Assembly: GCA_964354805.1 (NCBI GenBank)
Contig: CAYHBD010000030.1
Coordinates: 1-64,000 of the forward strand
Source: an uncultured archaeon
Lineage (GTDB): Archaea; Iainarchaeota; Iainarchaeia; Iainarchaeales; GCA-2688035
Length of the DNA: 64,000 bases
Reading direction: 5' to 3'
A model generated the notes under the pieces. That model saw only the letters and a list, made by a program, of their open reading frames with translations. It did no database searches and was not told the DNA's origin. Positions 9,141 through 19,316 of this stretch are shown one piece after another; positions within the stretch are counted from its first letter, which is position 1; the number at the start of each line of letters is the position of its first letter. The translations under genes were made by a program, and so were the position numbers.

Positions 9141-10404
9141 TCTTAATTAGCTCTTCCAGCATTTGCCTTTCCCTGATTACTTTTGCCTCTCCGTTCAACA
9201 GGAGAATGCACGCAGGCAACAGCCTTGAATTGTAATTTGATGCCATCACAAAACCGTAAGCGCCGGCGTTGAGAATTGCAAGCGTGTCACCCTCTTTTGC
9301 TGCTGGCAGCGCTCTCAGCTTTTCCCTGTTTTCGTTAAAAACATCCACGCTCTCGCACAAATTCCCTGCAACCAAAAATTTTCGCTTCAGCTTTCCATTC
9401 ACATTGTCGCATACAACCATTTCATGGAAAGCACCGTAAAAAGCAGGCCTTATTAAATCATTGAAGCCAGCGTTCACTCCAATCAACGGAACATTTTTTT
9501 CCTCAACAGTATTTATTTCACACAGCAAAACACCGGCATCGCAAACAATAAAGCGCCCTGGCTCGATTGCAATCTCTGCCCTCAAACCGCTTTTCTGCAT
9601 TTTTTCAACAATTCCCTTTGCGTAACGCTGCAACGGAAAATCCTGCTGCTCTTCTCGGTATCTTACGCCCGGTCCTCCTCCGAAATCAACAAATTGCAGC
9701 TTTTTCCCTAAAATTTTTTCAACCTTTTTTGCAACGGCAATTGTTTTGCCAACAGTTTTAAGAAAAACCTGCACATCCTTGCCAAGCCAGCCTGAACCAA
9801 TGTGCTGGTGCAGACCGACAACATTGAAGCCGAGCGCTTTCGCTTCCTTGAACGCAAGCCCGATTTTTTTCTCTGGTATGCCGAATTTGATGAATTTGCC
9901 TGCGGTAATTGTGTGGCTGTGCGCTCCAGCTCCAATGCCAGGATTCCACCTAATACTTACATCACCTTTATAACCCAAGGAATGCAATCTCCTCATTTGT
10001 GAAAAGCTGTCAATGTTTATCCTCACACCCAATTCAATCAATTCCTGCAATTCGCTGTCGCTGACCGAGGTGCCTGTGAAAAGGATTTTTTCTTTTGAAA
10101 AACCTGCTTTCAGCGCAATCTTTACCTCATTCACTGAAACAGCATCAATGAATGCTCCCTCCCTCAACAGCAGCTGCAGCACTGCAATGTGCGAGTTTGC
10201 CTTCACTGCGAAATGGATTCTTGGACTTGCGCCAGCTTTGGCAAAAGCGCTTTTTATCGCCCTGAAATTTTCAATTATTCTGTTGCCATTGTAAACAAAA
10301 AGCGGCGTGCCGTACTGTTTTGCAAGCGCTACCGCGCTGTTCCCTGCAATGTATAGCTGGTTTTGCTTGACTTGCAAATGTCCGTCAATTTCCCACCACA
10401 TCAT
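9124..10404 (-). CDS. lysA: Diaminopimelate decarboxylase
   Basis: FAVKAN (PLP Lys), KFG, HIGS, DFGGG, EPGRF, CES, GAYG...SNYN. Confidence 0.95.
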   Translation of the reverse strand: MMWWEIDGHLQVKQNQLYIAGNSAVALAKQYGTPLFVYNGNRIIENFRAIKSAFAKAGASPRIHFAVKANSHIAVLQLLLREGAFIDAVSVNEVKIALKAGFSKEKILFTGTSVSDSELQELIELGVRINIDSFSQMRRLHSLGYKGDVSIRWNPGIGAGAHSHTITAGKFIKFGIPEKKIGLAFKEAKALGFNVVGLHQHIGSGWLGKDVQVFLKTVGKTIAVAKKVEKILGKKLQFVDFGGGPGVRYREEQQDFPLQRYAKGIVEKMQKSGLRAEIAIEPGRFIVCDAGVLLCEINTVEEKNVPLIGVNAGFNDLIRPAFYGAFHEMVVCDNVNGKLKRKFLVAGNLCESVDVFNENREKLRALPAAKEGDTLAILNAGAYGFVMASNYNSRLLPACILLLNGEAKVIRERQMLEELIKNEREI

Positions 10405-10408
10405 GAAC

Positions 10409-11230
10409 TCACCATTCAATTGCTCCAACAAAAACTTTTTGCGCTGCTCCCCTCAAAAAAACTTTTTCGCCTGCCTTTATTTCAAGAGCACCGCCTGGCA
10501 TTTCAACGCTGACCCACTGGTTTGCATCAGCAACGCCTGCGTTTATGGCTGCGACAACTGTTGCAATTGCGCCGCTGCCGCAGGCAGATGTTTCGCAGGC
10601 GCCCCTTTCATGCACCCTCATTTTAATTTTCTTCGGAGAAACAATGTTCGCAAACTCAGTATTTGTTCTATGTGGCTGAAACGCTTTGTGCCATTCAAAC
10701 TCATGCCCTATTTCTTCAACAGGAAAATGCTGCACATTCTCTTTCAGAAAAACAACGGCATGCGGATTTCCAACATCAACGCTGTAATACTCAAAGCCCT
10801 TTATCCCGGCAATTAACTGGAATTTTCCCTTGAAGATAGGCTTTGCCAGCAGCTGCAATTCAACTGTTGCCTTGTTTTTCTTTTCATCGGAAACCTTTGC
10901 TGAAACAATTCCATTGCCTGATTCAATCCTGAAATCCTTTTTCTTTTTTCCTTCGATTAAAAAACGTTCAAAGGCAACGCATCTCAATCCATTAACGCAT
11001 GTTTCTGCCTCGCTGCCGTCAGCATTAAAGGTTCGCATCCTGAAATCGGCTTTGGCTGAACTGGACTTGCACAAAAACAGCACGCCATCTGCCCCGACTG
11101 CAACGTGCCTCTTGCAGTTGTTTACTGCAAAAAATTCCTTGTCCCTTTCAGGAACCACTTCCCCCTGCATTTCATTTACAACAATGAAGTCATTTCCCAG
11201 GCCGTGCATTTTGCTGAATTGAACAATCAT
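10409..11230 (-). CDS. dapF: Diaminopimelate epimerase
   Basis: FSKMHGLGNDF, GADG, NADGSEAETCVNG, GNPH, ERG...ACGSG. Confidence 0.95.
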   Translation of the reverse strand: MIVQFSKMHGLGNDFIVVNEMQGEVVPERDKEFFAVNNCKRHVAVGADGVLFLCKSSSAKADFRMRTFNADGSEAETCVNGLRCVAFERFLIEGKKKKDFRIESGNGIVSAKVSDEKKNKATVELQLLAKPIFKGKFQLIAGIKGFEYYSVDVGNPHAVVFLKENVQHFPVEEIGHEFEWHKAFQPHRTNTEFANIVSPKKIKMRVHERGACETSACGSGAIATVVAAINAGVADANQWVSVEMPGGALEIKAGEKVFLRGAAQKVFVGAIEW

Positions 11231-11263
11231 TTTTATCAAACCCTGTTTCCATTGTTTTTCCTG

Positions 11264-12457
11264 TCATTCCAGCAGCCGCTCTGCTGCTTCCCTTGTTTTT
11301 TCAACACTTTGCACCATTGCAAAGCGCACAAACCTTTCCCCCGGGTTTTTGCCCTGGAAATCATGCGAAATCAGGCTGCCTGGGATATTGTTAATGCCCT
11401 TTTCAAGCAAAAGCCATTCGCTGAATTGCGCTGCTGTTTTTCCCTTAGGCACTTGAACCCACAAAAAAAATGTCCCCTTTGGTTTTTCAATTCCGCATCC
11501 AATCTGCTGCAGTGCAGGCAGCAATGCATCAATTCTTGCGCTGTATTCTTTTCTCATTTTTTCGCAGTGGGCTTCATCGCCCCAGGCAGCGATTGCTGCA
11601 TCCTGGATGAATGTTGCAACTCCCTGCACGCTTTTCCTTGTGATTGAAGCAAATGCTTTGAGCAATTCACTGTTTTTGCTTGCGGCAAAGCCCACAGCAT
11701 AGCCAGTCATCATGCTTCTCTTTGAAAGCGAATTCACTACAATGCTGCACTCTTCTGCTCCCTTGATCTGCATAATGCTCAAAGGCCTTTCGCTGAAATA
11801 AAGTTCGCTGTAGCATTCATCAGAAACAAGAATTACATTGTGTTCATTGCAGAAATCAACCGCCTCTTTCAGCTTTTCCTTTCCATAAACCTGCCCTGTA
11901 GGGCTGTGGGGGCTGTTCAGGAAAAGAATTTTTGCCAGCTCAGCTGTTTTGCTGTCAATTGAATCAAACAGTGGCAGAAAATCGTTTTCAGGAAGCAGGT
12001 TCAGATAATAAGGCGCACCGCCTGCCAGCAGCGTTCCGTCAGTGTAAGGCGGATAACCCGGATTTGGAATCATGGCAATTTCCCCCTTATTGGGATTAAT
12101 GAAGTAAGATGGAATGTGGAATGAAGCAAATTTTGCACTATATGTTGAAACAATTTCCCCTGCCTGCATTGAAACACCAAAGCGCTTTTTCATCCATTTG
12201 CACACAGCTTCCCTGAATTCCTCGCTCCCGATTGAAGCAGGGTAGCCGCTGCCTTTTCTTGCATCAACCGCTTTCTTGCACTGCTGCCTTATTGCAGCAG
12301 GTGTTTCATCTGTAGGATCGCCTATGCCGAAATCAATCAAGTGCCCAGAACCGAATTTTGCAATCGCCTTTTTCTTTAAGTCATCGATTGCGTCAAAAGG
12401 ATATGGCTTGCCAAGAATGCGCCGCAAATTTTCATTAATCGGCAACTTAAAATTCAT
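11264..12457 (-). CDS. Class I/II PLP aminotransferase (LL-DAP aminotransferase DapL or DapC-like)
   Basis: PNPGYPPY, NSPHSPTG, DECY, SLSKRSMMTGY; in the dap cluster. Confidence 0.8.
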   Translation of the reverse strand: MNFKLPINENLRRILGKPYPFDAIDDLKKKAIAKFGSGHLIDFGIGDPTDETPAAIRQQCKKAVDARKGSGYPASIGSEEFREAVCKWMKKRFGVSMQAGEIVSTYSAKFASFHIPSYFINPNKGEIAMIPNPGYPPYTDGTLLAGGAPYYLNLLPENDFLPLFDSIDSKTAELAKILFLNSPHSPTGQVYGKEKLKEAVDFCNEHNVILVSDECYSELYFSERPLSIMQIKGAEECSIVVNSLSKRSMMTGYAVGFAASKNSELLKAFASITRKSVQGVATFIQDAAIAAWGDEAHCEKMRKEYSARIDALLPALQQIGCGIEKPKGTFFLWVQVPKGKTAAQFSEWLLLEKGINNIPGSLISHDFQGKNPGERFVRFAMVQSVEKTREAAERLLE

Positions 12458-12617
12458 TGTATCCACCCAGAAATTCAATTCAATCAAAAAAGAATTAAAG
12501 AATTCTATTTGGGAAAATTTAAATAACAATAAGGGTTAAAACGAATTTCGTCCAAATTGGTTATTTATATATAGGTTTTCGTATAGAGGCATTTTATCGC
12601 TTTAAAGGTGAATTGGG

Positions 12618-13370
12618 TTGCGCATTGCATTAATCGGCTTTGGAAAAATGGGCAAAGAAATCGCAAGGCTGGCGAAAGAGCAGGGCATGGCTGTTGCAGC
12701 AACAATTGACCCAAATGAAAAAGAAGCCGGCTTCAAGGGAATAAGCAAAGAGGCAATTGCTGATGCCGATGTGTGCATTGACTTCAGCCAGCCTGATGCT
12801 GTTGTTGAAAACGTGAAAAAAATCGCTTCTTTCGGCAAAAACATTGTTGTTGGAACAACAGGCTGGCTGGAAAAGGAGCAGGAAGTGAAAAAAGCTGTTG
12901 AAAAAAACGGGACTGGGCTGGTTTATGCCAGCAATTTTTCTTTGGGGGTGAATGCTTTTTACAGAATAGTTGCACAGGCTGCGGCAGTAATGAACAAATT
13001 CCCGGCTTATGATGTTTTCTGCTTAGAAATGCACCACAGGAACAAAGCAGACAGCCCTAGCGGAACAGCAAAAAGCATTGAAAAAATTTTGCTTGAAAAA
13101 ATTGAGAGGAAAAAGAAAGCAATTGAAGAGAAACTGGACAGGAAAATTGCTGCAGATGAAATGCACGTTGCCTCGCTCAGGGGCGGCAGCGTGCCTGGAA
13201 CGCACGCTGTTTTCTTTGACAGCAGCGCTGATACAATTGAGCTGCGCCATACCGCAAGAAGCAGGGAAGGCTTTGCTTTGGGAGCACTGCAGGCTGCCAA
13301 GTGGATTAACGGGAAAAAGGGTTTTTATTCAATTGAAGACATGCTGGGGGAGATGATTGCCGATGAGTAA
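12618..13370 (+). CDS. dapB: 4-hydroxy-tetrahydrodipicolinate reductase
   Basis: GFGKMG, GTTG, ASNFSLG, EMHHRNKADSPSGTA. Confidence 0.96.
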   Translation: MRIALIGFGKMGKEIARLAKEQGMAVAATIDPNEKEAGFKGISKEAIADADVCIDFSQPDAVVENVKKIASFGKNIVVGTTGWLEKEQEVKKAVEKNGTGLVYASNFSLGVNAFYRIVAQAAAVMNKFPAYDVFCLEMHHRNKADSPSGTAKSIEKILLEKIERKKKAIEEKLDRKIAADEMHVASLRGGSVPGTHAVFFDSSADTIELRHTARSREGFALGALQAAKWINGKKGFYSIEDMLGEMIADE

Positions 13371-14265
13371 AAAAATTTCGGGATGTATTCCTGCGTTGGT
13401 TACGCCGATGCGCGAGGATGGCAACAGGCTGAATCACGCAATAAACTTTGATGCTTTGCGCGAATTGGTTGATTATGTAATAAAAGGCGGCGTGAATGGA
13501 ATCGTTGTTTCAGGCTGCACCGGGCATGCTGCCTCACTTACAGCAGCTGAGCAGGTTGATTTAATTGAAAAATCAATGGAGATGGCAGGCAGGGTGCAGT
13601 TCATTGCTGGCGATGGAAGCAACTGCACCAGAGAGGCAATTGACTTGGCGAAAAAAATTGAGGATGTTGGAGTGAAAACTCATTTGCAGATTTCTCCCTA
13701 CCAGAACAAGCCAACGCAGGAAGGCCTTTATCAGCACTATGCCGCGATTGCGAATGCAATCGAAGGGGAAATAATTGTCTACAATGTTCCCGGCAGGACA
13801 GGGAAGAATGTTGAGCCTGAGACTGTTGCCAGGTTGGCCAAAGAATTCAGCAGCATAATTGCTGTAAAGGAAGCATCAGGCAACTTGCAGCAGATAAAGA
13901 AAGTGATTGAATTGACTCGCGATTTCAAATTTGATGTAATAAGCGGCGATGACCCTTTAACTCTTGAAATAATCAAAGCAGGGGGCACTGGCTGCATTTC
14001 TGTTGCGGCAAACATTGCGCCAAAACAAACAAGCAAAATGATTTCACTTGCTTTGCAGGGAAAATTTGACAAGGCAAAAAAAGAGGATGACGCGCTAAGG
14101 GAGCTGTACAGGGTTCTTTTCATTGAAACAAACCCCTGCCCCGCACACTACGCTTTGAGAAAGCTTGGCATTGCTGTCGGGGTTCCGCGCTTGCCATTGG
14201 TTGACGTAATGCCGGAAACAGCAAAACAGATTGATGCAGCGCTCCTGCAACTTGGATTGATTTGA
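13357..14265 (+). CDS. dapA: 4-hydroxy-tetrahydrodipicolinate synthase
   Basis: ALVTP, GCTG, YNVPGRTG, KEASG, SGDD, ETNP. Confidence 0.95.
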   Translation: MPMSKKISGCIPALVTPMREDGNRLNHAINFDALRELVDYVIKGGVNGIVVSGCTGHAASLTAAEQVDLIEKSMEMAGRVQFIAGDGSNCTREAIDLAKKIEDVGVKTHLQISPYQNKPTQEGLYQHYAAIANAIEGEIIVYNVPGRTGKNVEPETVARLAKEFSSIIAVKEASGNLQQIKKVIELTRDFKFDVISGDDPLTLEIIKAGGTGCISVAANIAPKQTSKMISLALQGKFDKAKKEDDALRELYRVLFIETNPCPAHYALRKLGIAVGVPRLPLVDVMPETAKQIDAALLQLGLI

Positions 14266-14343
14266 CGCTGTCTCCCGGTTAGAAAGCTATTTAAATAACC
14301 TCCAATTTATCTATAGTAAACACGTTTTTCGGAAGCGATTGTT

Positions 14344-15876
14344 TTGGACGGATTGGATAAATTTGAGGAACCCTCTTATAGCAGCGCTGAAATAAAGATT
14401 GAGGGAGAGGGCTTTGGCGGCGGGTTTGGGTCAGTAAAAAAATTTGTGCCTTACATTATTGCAATCGTTGTTCTGGGCGCAATTGCTTTGTTTGCATACG
14501 ATTTCTTCATTGGCTCGGTTTCCAATGTCTCAATAACGATTAAGGACACTGAGGGCACTGTTTTGGAGGACAGTAGCATAAAGCTTTTTGCGGCTGGCAG
14601 CAATGAGCCGTTTTTTACCGGCAGCGATGCCTCAACTTACACTGTTGCAATGCGGCCAGGCAGCTACAGGGCTGAAGTAAAAGCTACAGGCTATGCAATA
14701 AAAACAGTCCAGATTGAATTGGGCGCAAACGAAAACCAGAAAACAATTGAATTGGAAAAAGACTTTGATGTTAAAATAACTGGCTTTGAACAGGCTTTTC
14801 CTGCAAAATTGTTTTTAGGGCAGGCAACAACAGTGCTGGTAACAGTGGAAAACAAATCTGATAAAAGCGCTACAGTGCAGTTAGTGCTTGAAGACGGCTT
14901 GAAAGAATTGGTTGAAGATGATGAAACAGGCGCTGTAACAATTGCCGGCAACAGCAGTGCAACAATAAATATTGCAATCAATGTGAAAACCACAATTAAG
15001 ATAAAGAACGAAAAGGATGGCGACAGCAAAAAAGCTGTTGTAAGGGTGAAATACACCAAAAAGCAGGAATCACGCAGTTTCACTCTTTTCCCGAACCCTG
15101 CCGACAAAATAACGCTTGGCAGCGCAACTTTCAGCGTAAAAGCCAGGGAAGGCCTGAACAAGCAGAGCAAAAAAATAAAAGTGACAAACAGTAATAAGTT
15201 CTCAATTGAGGACTTGAACTTGAGCATTGAAATCACAAGCAGCACGAGAAACGATGAAGCCCAGGTGCTGCAATGGTTCCAGTTCACTGAAATAGCTGAC
15301 GAGCCAAAGCCACAGCTGATCAGCATTCAAAGCATTGCAGCAGGCAGCTATGTTGAAAAGGAACTGCAGGTAATCGCGCCATTGAGCGCAAAAAAAGAGC
15401 CCGGAATAAAGGGAAACATTGTTTTAAGCGCTGGCTATCTGCAGCAGCCGAAAAAATCAACCCTTACACTGGAAATAGCTGAAGAAGCAAGCTATGGCAT
15501 TGCATTAACCCTTACCCCAAACCAGCCATATGAAATTGTATGGGATGACACTCAAAGAAAATACGAGAAAAAAATTGTAACACTGAAAGTGAAGAACTCA
15601 GGGCAAATTGTTTTGCAGAACATTGTTTTGTCAATTGAAAACGATGATGATTGCAGCACTAACTGGCTTTCTTTCCTTGAAAGCACAATTGATTCCTTGG
15701 CTGTCGGCCAAACAAAGGAACTGAAAATGGAGGCAACAGCGCCAATAGTGCAAAGGGGCAATGAAACCAACATGTACTGCAACGTGCATTATCTCTTTGA
15801 CAATCCTGTGCAACTGGGGGAATACGTTGAAGACACATTGCCTGCATTCATTCAAATAAGGCCAGAGGCAGAGTAA
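14344..15876 (+). CDS. Membrane-anchored surface protein with multiple Ig-like/CARDB-type domains
   Basis: Single N-terminal TM helix; repeated V-x-N-x-G/S beta-rich modules. Confidence 0.7.
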   Translation: MDGLDKFEEPSYSSAEIKIEGEGFGGGFGSVKKFVPYIIAIVVLGAIALFAYDFFIGSVSNVSITIKDTEGTVLEDSSIKLFAAGSNEPFFTGSDASTYTVAMRPGSYRAEVKATGYAIKTVQIELGANENQKTIELEKDFDVKITGFEQAFPAKLFLGQATTVLVTVENKSDKSATVQLVLEDGLKELVEDDETGAVTIAGNSSATINIAINVKTTIKIKNEKDGDSKKAVVRVKYTKKQESRSFTLFPNPADKITLGSATFSVKAREGLNKQSKKIKVTNSNKFSIEDLNLSIEITSSTRNDEAQVLQWFQFTEIADEPKPQLISIQSIAAGSYVEKELQVIAPLSAKKEPGIKGNIVLSAGYLQQPKKSTLTLEIAEEASYGIALTLTPNQPYEIVWDDTQRKYEKKIVTLKVKNSGQIVLQNIVLSIENDDDCSTNWLSFLESTIDSLAVGQTKELKMEATAPIVQRGNETNMYCNVHYLFDNPVQLGEYVEDTLPAFIQIRPEAE

Positions 15877-15920
15877 TCCGCAAAAACTGTTTCTTATTTG
15901 CCAAATTAGAAAAAGCAGCT

Positions 15921-16325
15921 TCAAAGCGCCTTTTTAATCAATTCCTTTAGGCTTGCGGGGGCTTCAACTTCTTTTTGCAAAAACTCTTCTTTTGAGAACC
16001 ATTTTAGCTGGGCAATCTTCTCGTTTTCCTTGTGTGGCAGAACAGGCTTCTGGCTGCCTGCATCGCATTTGAAAACAGTGTTCACAACCTGCGCTCCATC
16101 GCTCAAGCGCATGAAGTGGAAAACCCCAACAGGCTCTTTTGGCTCAATCTTTAACCCTGCTTCCTCCCAAACTTCCCTTTGCAGTGTTTGCATTGGCTCT
16201 TCGCCGTGCTCTACTTTTCCGCCAGGCAAATCCCAGACCTTTTTCCTTCCAACCTCTAACTCAAGCGCAAGGAATTGGCCATCCCTCACAATCAGAGCCT
16301 TTAAGGCAGCAAAAACATCAGGCAT
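15921..16325 (-). CDS. NUDIX hydrolase
   Basis: Nudix box PGGKVEHGEEPMQTLQREVWEEAGL. Confidence 0.92.
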   Translation of the reverse strand: MPDVFAALKALIVRDGQFLALELEVGRKKVWDLPGGKVEHGEEPMQTLQREVWEEAGLKIEPKEPVGVFHFMRLSDGAQVVNTVFKCDAGSQKPVLPHKENEKIAQLKWFSKEEFLQKEVEAPASLKELIKKAL

Positions 16326-16507
16326 AATAAAAAAATGAATGGAAAGGAAAATTTAAAAAGGAAAGTGAAAGAAAAAAAAGAACAAAAATTACAGAGATGG
16401 CTTCCAGAACAAGCCCATATGCCCAACAATGAAAAGCGCCATATTTTTAGTGGTTGCCAAAGATGCTGGGCATTGCTTGAAATGCCAGCTTCCTGCTGCT
16501 CAAAATG

Positions 16508-17467
16508 TCAGCTTCTTGCAATTGAGGCGATTTCTTCAAGGCTTTGCGCTTTCTCAAACAGGCGCATTTTTTCTGGGTTCGATGCAAAAAACCTGACTGC
16601 CTGTGTCTTCATCCTGCCCAAATAAGCGCTGATGCCGAACTTTTTGCACAATTCAAGGTATTGCAGGAAAGCCTGCTCCCTGGACAGGAGGTTTGCGCCA
16701 TCAGGCGCGCTTTTCCCAAGGCTTTTTTCCAGCGGGAAAAAAGGCTTGTTGCCCAGAATTTCCGCAAAAATTCCGGGATTGCCTATTGCCGCACTGCCAA
16801 CCATTGCAGCATCACAGCCGGTCTTTTCAAGCATTCGCTCAAAGCTAGGCTTGTTGATTACACCGCCATTCCCTATTACAGGAATGCCAACAGCTTTCTT
16901 GACGCGCTTTATTGCCACAAAGTCAACCAGGCCCCTGTTTTCCTGCTTAATGGTTCGCCCATGCACAGCAATTGCCGAAGCGCCCGCTCTTTCAATCTGC
17001 TTTGCCAGCTTGATTGTGCGCAAAACATTAGGGTCAGACCTTATTTTTGCAGTAACAGGCTTTCCAAGGACATGCCAGCAGGAAATGATTTCGCAAATTC
17101 GCGCAGGCCTCCTCAAAAGCGCGACGCCTGCCCCCTGGTTAAGCACATTACCCGAAGGGCATCCCAGGTTCAAATCCAAAAAATCGAATTCCTTTTCAGC
17201 AATAAGCAGTTCAACCGCCTTTTTCATGCTTTCAACCCTTGCCCCAAAAACCTGCATTGCCAAAGGCCTGTCCTCACCGCAGGTCTGGGCAAGCCTTTTG
17301 ACAGAAAGATTGTTCCTTATAAGGGCCTCAGAATTAATCATTTCCGAATAGCACAAGGAAGCGCCCTGCTCCCTGGCCAAAAGCCTGAAGGCAAGGTCAG
17401 TAACCCTGTACATTGGCGCCAAAACAAGCCTGTTTTCCATTTTTGTGCCGGCAATGCTGAAATCCAT
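16508..17467 (-). CDS. dus: tRNA-dihydrouridine synthase (Dus family)
   Basis: LAPM, DLNLGCP, VHGRT, IGNGG; carries a repeat insertion at 16695-16747. Confidence 0.92.
   Translation of the reverse strand: MDFSIAGTKMENRLVLAPMYRVTDLAFRLLAREQGASLCYSEMINSEALIRNNLSVKRLAQTCGEDRPLAMQVFGARVESMKKAVELLIAEKEFDFLDLNLGCPSGNVLNQGAGVALLRRPARICEIISCWHVLGKPVTAKIRSDPNVLRTIKLAKQIERAGASAIAVHGRTIKQENRGLVDFVAIKRVKKAVGIPVIGNGGVINKPSFERMLEKTGCDAAMVGSAAIGNPGIFAEILGNKPFFPLEKSLGKSAPDGANLLSREQAFLQYLELCKKFGISAYLGRMKTQAVRFFASNPEKMRLFEKAQSLEEIASIARS
16695..16747 (+). repeat. Palindromic repeat family copy, antisense inside dus
   Basis: TTTTCCCAAGGCTTTTTTCC-AGCG-GGAAAAAAGGCTT. Confidence 0.8.
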
Positions 17468-17630
17468 TACAAAAACAATACAGAAAAAGACTATATTCCA
17501 ATGCCCTAATGCACAGGCTTTTGCCGGAAAGCAGTGAAAAACAAAGGCAAAACCCCAAGCCATCTTCGCTCAGCTTTTAATAAAAGCCGGCAAAAACAGC
17601 CTCGCTTTGCTCGGCGAGCTCGATGGAATA

Positions 17631-17745
17631 AGCCCCGGGAGGGATTTGAACCCTCGACCCCCGGCTATCTCGAATTTTTCTTTTCGCACGCCTTTTTCTA
17701 AAAGGCTTTTACGAGGTCGGTGCTCTACCACTGAGCTACCAGGGC
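17631..17745 (-). tRNA. tRNA-Thr(CGT) with a 43-nt intron at 37/38 (17667-17709)
   Basis: Cloverleaf GCCCTGG...GGTTCAAATCC; BHB-like junction with CTCG/CGAG helix and TAA/ATA bulges; 72-nt mature; CCA not encoded. Confidence 0.92.
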
Positions 17746-17812
17746 GCTTCTTTTCTTTAAAGAAAATTGAATGCAAAACGCTTTTTAATCCCTTTTCCTT
17801 AATTGGTGTAGA

Positions 17813-18745
17813 ATGCCCAAGGATGACCAGCAAAAGGTTGAAGTTTTTCTGCGCGAATTTGTTTCAACTCTTACTGAACAACACGCAAAAGAAATTGATT
17901 TTATTCTTCTTTTCGGCAGCGCTGCAAGAGGCGAATTTGTTCTGGGAAAAAGCGATGTGGATTTAATAATCCAAGTGAAAAGCGATGAAAAAAGAAAAGA
18001 GGTTGAAGCGTTTGCCGAAAAGGTTTTCTGGCAGCTTGACAGAAAGCACGGCATGCAGCTAAAGCGCGTTTGTAGCACCGGCATTGGGGCAAGCGTTTTG
18101 GAGAATGCAGTTAAAGCGCTTGAAGCCCGGGCGCGGTTGTACAAGCCATTTGAGGTTTTTGGCCCAAAAGACATTGACTGGCGCAGAGGCATGATTAAAA
18201 GGCTTGACTTGCTGCCGGGCGCTTTTCTGGTTGCAAGCCAGCTGACGCTTTTGTACAAAATGAAGAATGAGGGAAAAATTTTATTCGGCAGGGATATTAG
18301 AAAGGAAATAAGGCCGAGGTTCACGCTTTGGGAGAAGCTGAAAAGCCTTTTTGTTCCCCAAAGCATTTCTTTTGCAGCACTGGCACTTTCGCTTTTCTTG
18401 CCAAAAAAAGCAGTTGCTTATGCCGTAAAAGCAATTTTTTATGAGGTTGAATCAGTGAACCTTTTCCTGCAGAACAAAATACCGAAAAAAGGAAAGGCCT
18501 GCTTTTTTGCAAGGGCAACCGAATTCAGAGACCGGTTATTGGATGATCTGCGGTTCTACATTGAACTGCGTTTTGGTTTGCTTGGCGAACAAAAGCTTGC
18601 TTTTGTAAAAAAGGCTGCCGCAGTTAAAAAGAACGGCTTTCAGGGGGGCAGGGTTGCCGCACTGCGCTTTTGCTTTAATGCATTTTGGGTCATTTACAAC
18701 TGCAATTCAAACATTATCCTGAAAACAATTTTTGCAATTGCCTGA
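17813..18745 (+). CDS. Pol-beta-type nucleotidyltransferase domain protein with helical C-terminus
   Basis: LLFGSAARG...SDVDL. Confidence 0.8.
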   Translation: MPKDDQQKVEVFLREFVSTLTEQHAKEIDFILLFGSAARGEFVLGKSDVDLIIQVKSDEKRKEVEAFAEKVFWQLDRKHGMQLKRVCSTGIGASVLENAVKALEARARLYKPFEVFGPKDIDWRRGMIKRLDLLPGAFLVASQLTLLYKMKNEGKILFGRDIRKEIRPRFTLWEKLKSLFVPQSISFAALALSLFLPKKAVAYAVKAIFYEVESVNLFLQNKIPKKGKACFFARATEFRDRLLDDLRFYIELRFGLLGEQKLAFVKKAAAVKKNGFQGGRVAALRFCFNAFWVIYNCNSNIILKTIFAIA

Positions 18746-18803
18746 AAAACCCCTAACAAAATGTTTAAATATTAGAAACCCGTTCTTTTATCAGGTGATT
18801 TAA

Positions 18804-19316
18804 TTGAACCAGAGCGGACAGGCTTATAGTGTCTTCAAGTTGCTGATTGCCGCAATCATTGCAGTAGCAATCCTTTACATACTTATTTCAATAATCGGCG
18901 GAATCAATATTTTCGGCAGCGATGTTCAAACCGTTGCAAAGCAAATCATTCAAAAGCAGGTTGACATGCCTGGCCAGCTGGACACAAGCACAGCAGCCGT
19001 TTTCAAAGCAGGAACAAACCTGGCGCCAAGCGCACTGGTTGGAAACAGCGGCCTGACCCCAGACCAGATTTGCCTGTATAAGGGTGACCTGGTTGACAAC
19101 CAAGCAGTGGAAGTTACAGGTAGCACACTAATGCAAAACGGGACAACTGATTTAACAGTGAAAATAAGCGTCATGTGCCACAAGGCAAACGCTTTAGTGG
19201 ATGCCCTTGAAGAAGTAGGATTGCCGATTGATTTTGGCGACACAACCACCGGAACTTGTGGATGCAACCTTGATACGCCCCAGAAATGCTGCGTGGTAAT
19301 GCTGAGATTTGCTTAA
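18804..19316 (+). CDS. Pilin-like protein with class III signal peptide
   Basis: MNQSG|QAYSVFKLLIAAII; SD AGGTGA; Cys-rich C-terminus. Confidence 0.75.
   Translation: MNQSGQAYSVFKLLIAAIIAVAILYILISIIGGINIFGSDVQTVAKQIIQKQVDMPGQLDTSTAAVFKAGTNLAPSALVGNSGLTPDQICLYKGDLVDNQAVEVTGSTLMQNGTTDLTVKISVMCHKANALVDALEEVGLPIDFGDTTTGTCGCNLDTPQKCCVVMLRFA

Noticed and set aside
16544-17509. Long antisense or alternate-frame ORFs (also 21405-22325, 43188-44279, 56122-57276, 58578-59534)
   Set aside because: Shadow frames overlapping well-supported genes, with no motifs of their own
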